Shown: positions 47,301 through 60,400 of the stretch, one piece after another | Numbering within the stretch: position 1 is the stretch's first letter | How the letters are laid out: each line of letters starts with the position of its first letter | NCBI GenBank assembly: GCA_043228905.1 | Contig: JBHGNT010000018.1 | Location: 1,736,001 to 1,800,000, forward strand | Source of the DNA: Azolla caroliniana | Lineage: Eukaryota > Plantae > Polypodiophyta | Direction: 5' to 3' | DNA length: 64,000 nt | Program-made: the position numbers and the translations under genes | The notes under the pieces: generated by a model | Database searches by the model: none | What the model saw: the letters and a program-made list of their open reading frames with translations, nothing else | Told to the model about the DNA's origin: nothing

Positions 47301-50300
47301 GCGAAATCGGGGACGTTCCGACTCGGACCACTCTCCAATTAGCAACCAGATAAATGTTGACGACACCCGATCCAGAGAAATCCTCTCCCTAGAGGATTCG
47401 ATGATCAGAGAAGTCCTCTACAATGCACAAGCTGCACATACGTGGTTAATGGACTCCGGTGCCACATTTCACGTGACCCCCAACATCGAATGGTTTTCGA
47501 ACTATTTAGCTAACGCCAGCAACACAGTCCGACTGGGAAACAGGCAGGAGTGCAAGATAGCCGGAACCGGGGAGGTTCCCATCAAATTGCCAAATGACAA
47601 CACAATAACCTTGCACCGAGTACATCACGTACCCGATCTAAAGAGGAGTATGGTCTCCATTGTCCAAAGACGGGTACAGAACGACTCTACATGAGTCGAC
47701 ATGGGTGATTAGCCGAGGAAACCTCAAAATCGGGAGTGGGTACAACTATAATAATCTATACCCATTGATGGTGATCAACCCTGAAGGGGCTGTGAACGTA
47801 GCTGAGAAAACCGACCCGAACTTATGGCATGGCCGACTTGGCCACATGTCTCAAGCTGGACTTGATCGGGTGATGTCGGTCGACTACATTCCGAAACTCC
47901 AGGCAAAGATGGACTTCTGCGAGCATTGTCGATATGGGAAACGGACCCGAACACTGCACTCTCTCCATTACGAGACGCTACGACAACCCCTAGAGCTCGT
48001 GCACACAGACATATGTGGGCCCATGCCAGAGCGATCACTAGGAGGCTCCCGATACTTCATCACATTCGTAGATGACTGTACACGGAAAGTTTGGTCATAC
48101 TCCATCAAGTCCAAAGATGAAGCGCTGAAGGTCATCACTCGATGGATATCTGAAGTGGAGAACCAGTCGGGATACAGAGTGAAGACACTCTGATCCGACA
48201 ACGGAGGTGAGTACACCTCTAGAGCCTTCAAACAGTACCTGTCCGGAAAAGGGATCCGACACCAAAAGATCTTTCCCTACACACCCATGCAAAATGGAGT
48301 GGCAGAACGGATCAACAAGACGATCCAGGACAGGGTGATGGAGATGCTCCAGCAAGCCGGACTGAAGCTAGAATTCTAGGTCAAGGCATTGCAGACGGCA
48401 GTGTGCCTTCAAGAGCAATCAGACTCGAAGTGCCACATGCAGTATGGTAAGGCAAACAACTGACCTACAATAAGCTCTGTATATTCGGATGCGAAGCCTA
48501 CGCGTTCATCCCTAGGGACAAAAGGATGAAGGTGGCACCCCATCAAGAAAGTGCATATTTCTCGGTTATGGAACCGATGGGGACTTTGGCTACCGGCTAT
48601 GGGACCTTGAAAACCGGAAATTGATCCGGAGCAGCAACATAGTCTTCAATGAAGACTCTATCTTGTCTCAGAGGAACCAACAGAAAACATGACAACACTT
48701 TCGTAGAAGGACCAACCCATTGTGCTGATTCAAAGACTCGACAAACAGTCGAACTCCAACAAGCTACCAAATTCCCTGCCGACACCGAATCGGCAACAAG
48801 TCCTAACGTTGAACTCAAAGACAAAGCCATCAAAGACACAGCCGAATCGACAAGATCGACAAAGGCAAAGCCACTGAGAGGCAAGTCAGAACCGAGTCGA
48901 CAACAACCACAGGGGAGAACAACCAGACACCGCCGAAATCCCAAACCGGGGGCGGTACACCTAACAAGACTCCTGACACAACTGGTTCAACAAATACTGA
49001 TCGTCAATCTGAACCGATCAAAGGATCCGAACTAGATATTCTGGCACACAAGAGAACTGGACGAGCTCGAAGGCAAACAAAGTTCTACCAACAGGGCCTC
49101 GACTACGTCAACTACACGGATGCAGGCGAACCAAGCACCTATGAAGAAGCTATGGCCGCACCGGATGCCGAAACATGGCTACAAGCCATGAAATCCGAAA
49201 TGGACTTGATTCATCAGGATCAAACGTGGGAGCTGGTCGAACTACCAGCTGGAAGGAAGCCGCTACCTTGCAAATGGGTTTTCCGATACAAGTATGTATC
49301 CGACTCTGAGAAACCCAAGTACAAAGCTCGGCTTGTCACGAAAGGATTCAAACAGGAATACGGGGTCGACTACGACGAGATATTCTCACTAGTAGTCAAG
49401 ATGACCACCCTTCAACTCCTACTAGGAGTTGTGGCGATAGAAAACCTAGAGCTCAAGCAGATGGACGTCAAGATGACATTCCTACACAAAGATCTGGAAG
49501 AAGACATATACATGTCTCAACCGGCAAGCTTCACGGCGACGGGGGAGGACAATCACCTCGTATGCAGACTAAAGAAAAGTATATATGGCCTCAAACAAGT
49601 GCGGAGGATGTGGTACCAGAAGTTTGACTCCTACATACGGCAGCTTGGATACAACAGATCAGACTTTGACCCATGCATGTATGTTCGGCAACTGGTCGAC
49701 GAGTCCAAGATCTATCTGATCCTATATGTGGACGATATGCTGATTGCAGGGAGCAATCAAGCAGAAATCAGTAAGCTGAAGCAGAGACTTCACGCAAAGT
49801 TCGCGCTGAAGGAACTCGGACAAGCCCGACACATATTGGGCATGAGGATAGAGCAAAATCGGACGACCAAGACTCTCCGACTCTCCCAGTCCGAATACAT
49901 CCGCAAAGTGCTGAAGCGCTTCAACATGGAGAATGCGAAGCCAACACCAACACCATTGTCGACGTTGATCAGACTATCGGACAGAGATTCTCCTTCGACG
50001 AACAAGGAGAGAGAGCTTAATGGAAAGATACCCTACGCATCGGCAATAGGAAGTATCATGTACGCAATGGTGGCGACCCGACCCGACCTAGCCTATGTCG
50101 TAGGGGTGGTCAGCCGGTACATGTCAAACCCAGGAAAGAAGCATTGGGAGGCCGTCAAGCACATCCTTAGGTATCTAAAAGGAACCACGGATGCACAACT
50201 AGCTTTTGAACTGAACAACTCAGTCGAAGTTGAAGGCTACACCGATTCTGACTACGTTGAAAACACAGATAATCAAAAATTGACATCAAGCTACATCTTC

Positions 50301-51915
50301 ACCTATGGTGGCAGTGCAATATCATGGAGGTCAAAACTTCAAGAGTGCACGACTCTGTTTACCATAGAAGCCGAGTACATAGCAGCGGCATCGTCTGTCT
50401 GCTAACTTCGGAACTACAAAACGAATAGACCGACCAGCGCCAACCATCTATTGCAACTCACAGAGCGCAATACACCTCATCAACAATCCCATCTACCATG
50501 CGAAGACAAAGCACATTGAGGTGCGGTATCAACATATCCGGGAGCTCATGACCGAGAAGAAACTCAAAGTCCGGAAGATCGACACCGAGGTGAACATCGT
50601 CGATTGCCTGACGAAGCCACTCCTAGATCAACGCTTTGGAACACTAAGGATGAAGATGGGGCTACGACAAGCGACCGAGCAGAAGAAAGCCGAAAAAGGA
50701 GCAAAAGGTAAGAGCTGACCGACACTCATATTATACCTCTACCAACTCGGCTACTTGCCGACAGACTTGTAACATAAAATCTAGTTAAACTTGTAATCTA
50801 GGTTTATGGGGGAGATAACCCCAAGCATTTGCATATGTACAAAAGAGTAGTCCTTTTACGGGGGAGTTTGTTGGCATAAAAGGCCGACTCCTTCCAAATT
50901 GTATCCGTCCGAGTGTGAACTCGTTAATAAGTTAGGGCTTAGTATATAAGCGAATACCTAACATCGTAATTAGTAATGATGAGAAGAGGATTGTATCTCT
51001 GAGTGAGAACAAAGTAATAAGAAGCTTTCCATTAAAGCTCGATCTATTGTCGAAGTCTTCATTCACTGTATTTTCTATGTGTTGTTTTCTGAACATAAGC
51101 GTATAGGTCCTCAAACGTTTCCGCATACGTATATACATATATACATATATATTCGACAAGCCAAGCATCCGAACACCCTCAAGTGCTGGTTGGAAACCTA
51201 AACCTTGCTCTGATACTAGTTTGAAATGTTTTATGGTTGGAATTGGCCGACCACTTAGGAGTAAAATTCAAATGACAAAGTACAGAACACAAAAAAATGT
51301 GTAACGCAACACAAAGACACACAATATTTTACGTGGAAAACCTTGAACCAGGGAAAAAACTATAATTGGAGCCCTCTGACTCCAATGCTTCACTATGTTC
51401 CAAGTGTACAAAGGATAATAATGTCTCTAGATGACTCTAGAGGAATAAAAGAAACTGAAAGCCACAACCTTGGTATAACCTTTGTGTCACACACTGTAGA
51501 TAGGGTACACAAACAATAAGAAGATATAGAATAATAAAACCAGTTTTGTTGCTCAACCAAAGTAGTGTCGATCAAATCCGACTCAGGTGCCACCACACTT
51601 GCTAGGTCTCGATTGCGTTTTTCTCTCTATTCTCACTTGTCTTTACTTGTGCTCTGTTGCACTCCATATTCTACATCAACAACACTCTTTGTATGTATAT
51701 TTTTTCCCTAGGGCACATATATATATAGATATAAACATCTTAATGTATGATATATATAATTTACATATCTGTCCCTGAGCCGAACCCGAGTTAGCTCTTG
51801 TCCGATAGCAGGTTCTCAGCCGACACTTGGCTCTTAGCTTCCATCTTCGCACTCTCAATTATAACTTCCATTTGTAAAATCTTGAACACGAGAGAGTTTG
51901 AACTCAATTCCAACA
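44341..51915 (-). mobile_element. Outer Ty1/copia element (decayed, deleted): 5' LTR 51222-51915, partial LTR 44341-44650
   Basis: Both LTR copies begin TGAAATGTTTTATGGTTGGAAT on +. PBS-like TAGTATCAGAGC lies next to 51222. Integrase C-terminus HLRVFGCLA|YMHVAKDQRSKLD is split by the inner element. RT in ORFs 45259-45510 and 44690-45271 (YGLKQAPRQW, LLYVDDML). Confidence 0.85.
46163..51158 (+). mobile_element. Inner full-length Ty1/copia element, non-functional
   Basis: LTRs 46163-46454 and 50869-51158 (TG..CA; about 11 substitutions and one 2-bp indel by eye). PBS TGGTATCAGAGC at 46457, PPT ACGGGGGAG. Order gag, protease (WLMDSGATFHVT), integrase (LWHGRLGH, LELVHTDICGP), RT (LYVDDML), RNase H. 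Flanks AGACA/AGCCA. Confidence 0.95.
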
Positions 51916-53863
51916 CATACATAAATATGTAAAAAAATGTTTCCAATTTTGATCCCAAATGTCATATTTGATCTTTGAGGAGGATAACAAAATCTATCTA
52001 TCCATCCATCTCAAAAGTAGGAAATGATAGAAAGCAAAGCTAACAATTAAGTGTCCAAATTTTTTTTGCCCTATTTTTTCGCCAATCTCTCACAATTCGT
52101 TTCAATGCGGCCCAAAAACCCATCAGATTTTATCCTGTTTTTGAGACCATTCCACTTAAAAATATTTGCATTAATATCCTAAAACACCTTCACAAATCAA
52201 TTTCCACAATCAGTGTGTGCATCATAAAAAACTGTCGAATGTAATGGCAAAACATTTAATCAAACTTTCGTTCCAATTTTGTCACTGTTTCTTACTTCTA
52301 TGAAATACCAACAAGAATGGAAATGCAGTGAATGCAACCCTCCCATAAGCGCAAGATTTTATCTGCTGGGTCCTATGATCTTGCTCATTATGAATAAAAT
52401 TGATACTTTGTATATTTCTCTTTCATGACCGAAAATGCAGTCCTTCACCATTTTTTATCAAGCTGATTGTTACGATTGTCGTTCATCTTACGAATGGATC
52501 AACTTATTTCATCGAGATTGCAACTTGTGTCCAATCATATGGAAATTCGTTCTTTTCGGAAAACAGTTCCAATCGATGATATCTCCAGATTGAAGAATGT
52601 TGGTTCTTTTGGTGCAAACATATCATAACTTGTTTTCTACAAATTCTAACCAGATGTATGTAGATACTGGTGGCAACATGTTTCGGAAGGATTACCAGGT
52701 ACCCTGCTGTCATGGCAGGAATCAAATCTTTACCATTCATTACTATGCGGCTGAGGTACTGATTTAATGTTTCTATATCTCTGGGCTACATTTTTTTATT
52801 ATTGTTTTTATTTGCTTCTGTTTTTTTTAATGTTAGTATCGCGTTTCTTTTGTTAATGTTCGACATATTGTTTCTTGATTTTAATGTTTATTTTGATTTT
52901 GATCAATGTTTGTATTGCTTGTTTAGTTTTTGTTTGATCAATATTTCCTGTTCTTCTTTTCTATTGCATTTGATGAACGTTTCTCCTTTTTTGTATTGTG
53001 TTCGGATAATGTTTCTGCTTTCATAGAATGTTGATATTGATTTTGGTTAATGCATGTATTGGCTTTTTTATTCATATCTGTACATATTGCTTTGGTAGAG
53101 TTTGTGTTGCTATGGATTGTTTCCTGTTTTTTTATTGCTTTTGGATAATGTGTTGCTTGCACAGATGTTTACATTTTCTGTATTCCTCTTTTATCTGTTT
53201 ATGTGGCTAGATTTTGTTCCTTTCCCGGATTTTATGAAGAGATATCCTAAACAGTGTATTGAGATTGATAAGAATTAAAGCTTTACCGATCAATAGATTA
53301 GCATGAAATTTGATATATAATCAATTCAATTGAGCAAGAAAATGGCGAGCATCAATAACTCATATGTGGAATCGATTGTTGTGGCTTTGGGTATGATTAG
53401 AGAACTGAGATGAGAAAGATTCTAGTGAGAAAGTGGCCAAACATAAGAATGGCTAAATCTAATGTTTGAACTTTGGACATCAAATGAAACTTCCATCCAC
53501 AAGGAATATATAGAGAAACCAAATGCTTGAAAGGATAATTTACATCCATTGATACACTTTGAATGTCTAATTGGTAGAACTGTTGGCTTTTAAGTTCCGT
53601 TGTGTATGGGAATAACATCGTTATATAACGAAGGAAAAAAACTCCCACACTCCTGAGTTTTTCTTTATTCCCTCAAAAATGCCCCTATGTTTCATTAGCT
53701 CCCCGAATGCCCTGGTCAATCTCTCGAATGAAAGGATAAACAGGATGGTAAGACCACATAATCGCTCAAATAATGCATAGAATTGTTTCAAACACAATGT
53801 GCATAGAATTGCTCAAATAGTGCATAGAATATAGGTCTACAAAGGAAGTTTAAGCCGAGCAAC

Positions 53864-54911
53864 TATGATTATGAGGACAAGATTAACTTTGCAGAGTTTC
53901 CATCTCTTCAAGGTGGATTGTATAATTCAAATTGCAGCCCTTGCAGTTGCTTTTGAAGCAAGTCCTCTACAGTCCCAACTTTAAGGCATATGGCAAACAA
54001 GTTAAAGCTAATGCTTTGGCACTAACTAATTCATGCATGACCAAAGGGTATAAGATTGTTACCGATGGAACTAAAAATCATTTGTTGCTGTGGGATCTTC
54101 ATCCTATTGGTCTTACAGGTAATGTGTGTACCATCTTAATGATGGATTTTTTGACAATTAAGGTTAGGGCCTAGGGCCTAGGGTTTAGGTTTTAGGGTCT
54201 TTTAGAGCTTGGATTTTAGAGTCCACTAGGGCTTCAGGTTAGTGACATTTAAAGCTGAGAGCCTAGGGCTTGGGGTTTAGGGTTTTAGTGTCGGTCAGGG
54301 CTTAGAGTTTAAAGTTTAGATGAGGTCAGGGGTTCAAATCCCGTTATCACATCGGGTGTCATCTTGATGGTGTTTCATTATCTAGACATAGGTTGTTGAT
54401 GTTGTGGGATTTTCATACCGAATCTTGCATGCATTGATGTATGAAAGAAGGTGGAAAAGGTTTGTGACCTATGTGACATAACCTTGAACAAAAGTGTTGT
54501 TTATGGAGGTAGCAATGCTCTTGCACCTGTTGGGATCTGGATTGGTAAGTAAAGTCATTAAGTCTCTCTCAACATGTTCAAATTTGTTCTTTGAAATATG
54601 GCTGATCTATTTTTTAACATTCTCAAATGATCTTTGTCTTTTAATGCTTTTATTTTTGTCTTTGGTTAGGTTCTCTGGCCATGACATGTAGGGGACTGAA
54701 GGAATCTGAATTTGAGCAAATTGGAGAATTCTTTTCTCAAGATGTTAGAAAAACAAGAGATATCCATAAAGAACATCGGAAACTTCTAAAGAACTTCGAG
54801 TAAGGTCTTGTAAACAAGGAGATTGACAACCTGAAAGTTGAAGTTGAGAAGTTTGTGACATCTTTTGAAATGCCTGGTTTTGATACTAGTGCACTTCAAC
54901 TGAGCTTTTAA
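53864..54911 (+). pseudogene. SHMT: 3' fragment of a cytosolic-type serine hydroxymethyltransferase gene with two introns
   Basis: [51 protein letters not shown] | [16 protein letters not shown] | AMTCRGLKESEFEQIGEF...FEMPGF. Has frameshifts and a premature TAA at 54801. The N-terminal two-thirds were not found. Confidence 0.88.
54160..54320 (+). repeat. Degenerate TTTAGGG-like repeats
   Basis: TTAGGGCCTAGGGCCTAGGGTTTAGGTTTTAGGG...GGGGTTTAGGGTTTTAG inside the SHMT fragment intron. Confidence 0.65.
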
Positions 54912-57083
54912 TGAGAAAATATTCAAGGTTTACGTATTCTTCTTTGTTTATACTTTTCGTATTCATTGGTTCCTAATCAAAACCATTACCGAAACAACAA
55001 ATCAAGGATCTCGGCCCTAGATATTGGCTACCTGTATATAAATTTGTTGCTTTTTTTTGTACACTTCTAAAATAAATAAAAAGTGCTTTTGTTGAAACTT
55101 GTTTGAATGAGAATTATCATGCTCATGTCGACATTAATTCAGTACTAACCTTTCTAACTATTCGTTGTAGATTTTCCAGTTATTGTTTTAGTTTTGTTGA
55201 AGCCATAGAATTGGCACATATACTACTATTGATGACAAAACTCATCCCATATTGCATCGCATGTAGTGCTGCTAATGTGATGCATGTGTAATGCCCTATG
55301 CAATGCTTGAGGAACCCAGGAATAATTATTGGTGTTCTCCCTGTATATGAAAACTTTTGATTGTCTTGGGAATGTGGTTGATGACAAAATGGGACTTGGA
55401 ATCATTGTTGATTCTCTCCCTAAATACAAAAACATTTTATCGTGTTCAATTTTCAGAAAATATTGGATTCCTAGATTTATATTCTTATATAGGTGCTTCA
55501 CATCATTGCTGTCAACATTGTGATCCATATTGAACAATTGAACTCATGTGTTTGTGAAAAGCGAAGACTATATTATATCCGATGAAGATGCATCTCTTTG
55601 TCTTGGCATCTCTTTGTTCTTACTTGTCTAGCATCAAGCTTGGTGCCTGAAATACAAATGAAGAATGAAGATGCTTGAATTGATACATACCATTGATGCT
55701 TAAAATTCTAATGATGAATGAAGATGCTAGAATTGATACATAACATTAATACTGTACCAAACACGATGGTGGCAATGAATAGTGACCAATAGTATGCTTT
55801 TTGAATCTCAAAATAGTCTAGTATTGGATTTTTGCAGAATTTTGACATATCCAATAAGAATACAACATAAAAAAGATCGACTCACAAAGTGAGGTAGAAA
55901 GTGAACAAGTAGAAATAGGAACCTCAACTTGTCCCATAATTAATCCTTTTTTTTTAATAGAAAACTTTCAATGGTAAATGAGTGTTTTCATAAAAACACC
56001 ATTTGCAAAAATATCTTGCATGACCATGTGCAAGGCAACCTAGCTACCATGTCCAAGTTTGTTGGGGATAACTTGTTTGGTATGCCCAAGTGTGAATGAT
56101 GAAATAAAATTTTGACGTTGTTTCAAGGCTATTGTAAATGAATATAGGATGAGTTGAATGGAATAATTTCATGATTTAAGAATGCTTTTACCCCAATGCT
56201 ATTCCTAAACATTGTGGATTCAAATGTTTCTAACATTTCATTAGTTGTCAAATTTTACTAATAAATTATTTAACTGCCCAAGTCCCATTAAGATTTAATA
56301 CAATCACGAAAAGAAATATTAAATATCGAAATGCTAGTCTATGTATAAAAGAGGGAAGCGGATTCAAAATAGAGAGTTCCATGTATTTTAGGTTGGACTA
56401 GATGATCATAAAAAGCATGCAAGTAATACTCATGCAAATCTAAGTTACAAATGTGGATAGCTTTAGACCTAGAGAAAGCTTTAACTCACAATATAAAACC
56501 TTTGTGGGATGTGCTTCCAAAGGATTTTCATTCCCTACATGATAAATGCCTACAAAGCATTTGTGATCATATACATTGCTATAAATTTGTGGTTGAATAT
56601 CTTGCTAAATCCTAGCTATATGATTCTTCCTAAAGCCGTAATAGACATAAAATATAACAAGAAATATAGAAGTCAACTAAAAAGGGTGCAAGCGAAGATA
56701 AAACATAAAGTAGTTTTACATTGGGGGCAAAGAAAGAGTGTGTGTGTGTGTGTGTGTTGAAAGTGACATTGTAAATCCATTAGCCATTTTTAGTGTCTTG
56801 TGTCTATGTCTACAGTCTACAGATCATGTCTAAGCCATTTTTAGTGGGTGTGGGGGCCTATGTCCACACTCTTGAGGGCCATGTCTTAGTCTGCTACGAA
56901 CATTATGCAACATTGTTTGTCAATCACAATGCCAGAATCAAGATTCAAACTCATAGTGTCTTATCAAAATTTGAATGTACTTGAAACACGACATTTAATC
57001 AATGTGCTAACTTTAGAATTCTAACTCATGTTGTTTGTGTATTGATCCCAAATCTAGGAGAGTGAATTTAGCCAGTGAGACAA

Positions 57084-57452
57084 TAGTAATAGTATGTGTG
57101 TTGAGTTAAATATCCAATGGTTCTGCCTAACTTGTTGAGTATAGTCAGATTGCTTGTAAAGCACTATGGTTTTAAATTTTAATATGGTTTTTACTCTACA
57201 AACTCACGTCTATGAATGTTTTCTTCGAAAGGACATAAGGGATCCAAAAATCATGATCCAATGGTTCTATTTAGTTCTAGTAGTAGTATGTGTGTTGAGA
57301 TAACTATCCAATGGTTCTGCCTAACTTGTTGAGTATAGTGAGATTGCTTGTAAATCACTATGCTTTTAAATTTTAATATGCTTTTACTCTACATACTCAC
57401 GTCAATGAATATTTCCTTCCAAAGGACATAAGGGATTGAAGAATCATGATCC
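57084..57452. repeat. ~194-bp tandem duplication
   Basis: AGTATGTGTGTTGAG..ATCCAATGGTTCTGCCTAACTTGTTGAG...AATCATGATCC starts at ~57091 and ~57285. Confidence 0.9.
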
Positions 57453-60400
57453 CTCTATATTATCATTGTCTGGGTCACATTGTTGCCAATATGAGATTTA
57501 AAAATATTACATCACAATTTGTATTATATCAAAGCGCAAATAATCAACGTCATTGTATTAAAGTTTGGACTCCTCGATGATGGCAAGCATGTATTAAAGT
57601 TAAAGAATGTGGTACCTATGAAGGTGTCCAAACATACACATTTGAAACTTGCATTAATTTTATATTGAAGAGTCTTAAGGTTCCCATTGCTCATCTTAAA
57701 TAACAACTAGCACTACATATATTAATCCTCATATCACTTCTTCCTATGTCTACAAGATTATCTACGGGTCAACTTGAGATTCAATCCCTTGGTTTTGGCA
57801 AAGTTACGGAGGAACATCACAATTCCACCTATTACTCTCACTTTGGATTATTAGATAAGTTCATGCAAAACATCGTTTTGCATCAACTTTGACCGCCATA
57901 TTAATGCATTTTCAAAGTTTACAAGTGTACTCAAATTGGTGGGTCATTTTAGCTAATGTCCACAACAATGTTTTACGTAGCCTTAGATGTGAAAATGCAA
58001 ATTTGAATCATTCGTACTATGTTGTGTTGCATATATTTGTCAATCTTATATACAAAACTACAAGCTCTTTGATTTCTTTATCAAACAAGAGGCCTTGTAA
58101 TCCACTTGACAAAGGAGGAATGATTCTCATGGGCTAGAGGTGGATACAATTGTTACTAATTTAAAAAAGAACATTATTGTTGGCCACCGTTATGAAAATA
58201 TATGATGTAATTAATGTGGTATTGTCATATGGATAATATTGATATGCTTAAGGCAAACACCTACAATATGAACGATTTGAAACTCAGAACCTAAAACTTA
58301 TAATAGTTATGTCCAAGTCACAATAAGTTGTCCCCATTCTCATAATTTCACTGTTTAACTCTGTTAAGTTGACAAAACGATTGACATGAATAAGGGATCT
58401 TAGAATCATGTGCAATATTCTTAGGCGCCTTTACAGAGTTGGGTAGAAACATCAAACTCAGATGCCCATGGGTTGGCACTCTCAATACTTGTTTTTGTGA
58501 GTACATCAATATATATATATATATATTATATATATATAAATACTGACAATTAACGTACTATACACTATCAATATGAGAACTTTTTCGAGAGGAAAGTTTT
58601 CTTTTGCCACCTCAACATAACTCGTACATTGATAGGAAATAGCATACTCTCCCTCACATCATGTTGCCTTTTAACTTTAGTTTCTTCTCTCCACATAAAT
58701 GACGTCCAACGAAAAACAAAAATAATGTAACTTCTTCCATCCATAAGCCTTTCTACTCATGGTACACTTACAGGCCCAATGACAAGATGAGAGGTTGAAA
58801 AGAAGAATTTCTTGCTTCTTATTTTGCACGATGTGAATGGTTCTTCTATAATACGACACTTATAGTGTGATGAGTTATTTTACTATCCTTTAGTCACATC
58901 GTTGATGTCGTGTGAATCTATCTAGGATTCCGAGTTTCATAGGGACATTGTATGGGTTTGCATAATGTGCAATGTAATGAGCTTATGTGCGCACTTGCTA
59001 GCCTAGATACTAGCAAGATAGCATACACAATGAACTCAAAATGTTTCAAGTGTCCAAAATGAATGAAAATTAGTGTGAAACTAGATTAGAGCTTAAAGCA
59101 TCCATAGTGAAATGCAAATAGATAGCTAGAATGAGAAAGTGTTCAAGATGAAGTTACACTTAGAATGTGATTGTTTTTGGCCATTAATGATGGTAGCAAT
59201 CAATGAGATATTAGTGTAGTTCTTTTTCTTGATATAGTAAATGAGTTTATAAGGCAACTAAGACTTGAATGGATAATTGTAGTAGAAGAAGAAGGAAGAA
59301 CTTAGAAGAAGAAAAACAAGAAAGAGATATGATGATGTCCTTTGCTAAAAAGGGCAGTTGTAGATAAGAGTACCGAGTTGGAAAGAGAGAGTGATTGATT
59401 CATTATAATGATAGATACTTTCTTCTGTCTTTGACTTTTTTCCAAGAGTGTTTGAATGAATGTTCTATTGTCCTTGTTGCCATCACACCTCGCATTTGGA
59501 AATTGGGGATTCGGGATGATTTCATAAATAATGCGTTGATGATTGATGCCTTTATTCGAGACAACTGGTGCCCTCTCGACTCTCGGTGACACAACTCGTA
59601 CACATGAGAAAGCTAAATTGAAAACTTTGAACTTATGGATTGGATATATCTATGCCCAGAATAAATTTCGGGGATTGTGTGTGTGTGTGTGTGTTGATAT
59701 ATGTATTTAAACTTATGTACACATTTTTGCTTTTATTTTCTAGCCTAAACTTCTTAGAGTTTTCCAAGGGCTTCCTATTCTATTTTTTGATGCATCAACA
59801 AGAAAGTCGGAAAATTATTACGTGCCTTTTTTGAGCACGAATCCCATAAAACGGAAGTCAGAAATTCGAGACGTTTTCTTTAGTAATTGTCCAATATAAA
59901 ATGATAACGGATAGAAAAACAAAATGACAAAATGCCTTTTCTCCTTTTATGTCTTCGAGATTTCTTCTCGTTTCTCTTTTTTCTAGTCTTTAATTTAAAG
60001 GTCTCCCGTGTCTTTCTCGCATGTGTTCTTAAGCTCATAAAACCTTCCTCCAAGGAAACAATTAGGACTCTATATATGTTAAATTTGTAACCCTCTATAT
60101 CCAAATAATGACAATTTTTTCTATCCGTTCAATTATATTCACGTGTTAACCTTAGAAATACATGAGAGGCCCATCATCTAGATTTATTATACAAAATGAC
60201 TTTCTCCTATATATTTTATTACTTAGAAAATATCTATTTTTTGAGACCATTTTGGACACTACAAACACTCTTAAACATTAGATCCTTTATGTTTGTTGAA
60301 TCCTAACACGGAGAAATTAAATGTTTAAAACTTAGTTTTTTCATGTAGAACCTACCTCAAATGTCCAAGACGGGAATGCAAAATTGTGTATGTAGTATGC

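Noticed and set aside
52300-52760. Exon-like segment ending in a GT donor
   Set aside because: Contains stops and I could not recognise the protein family.
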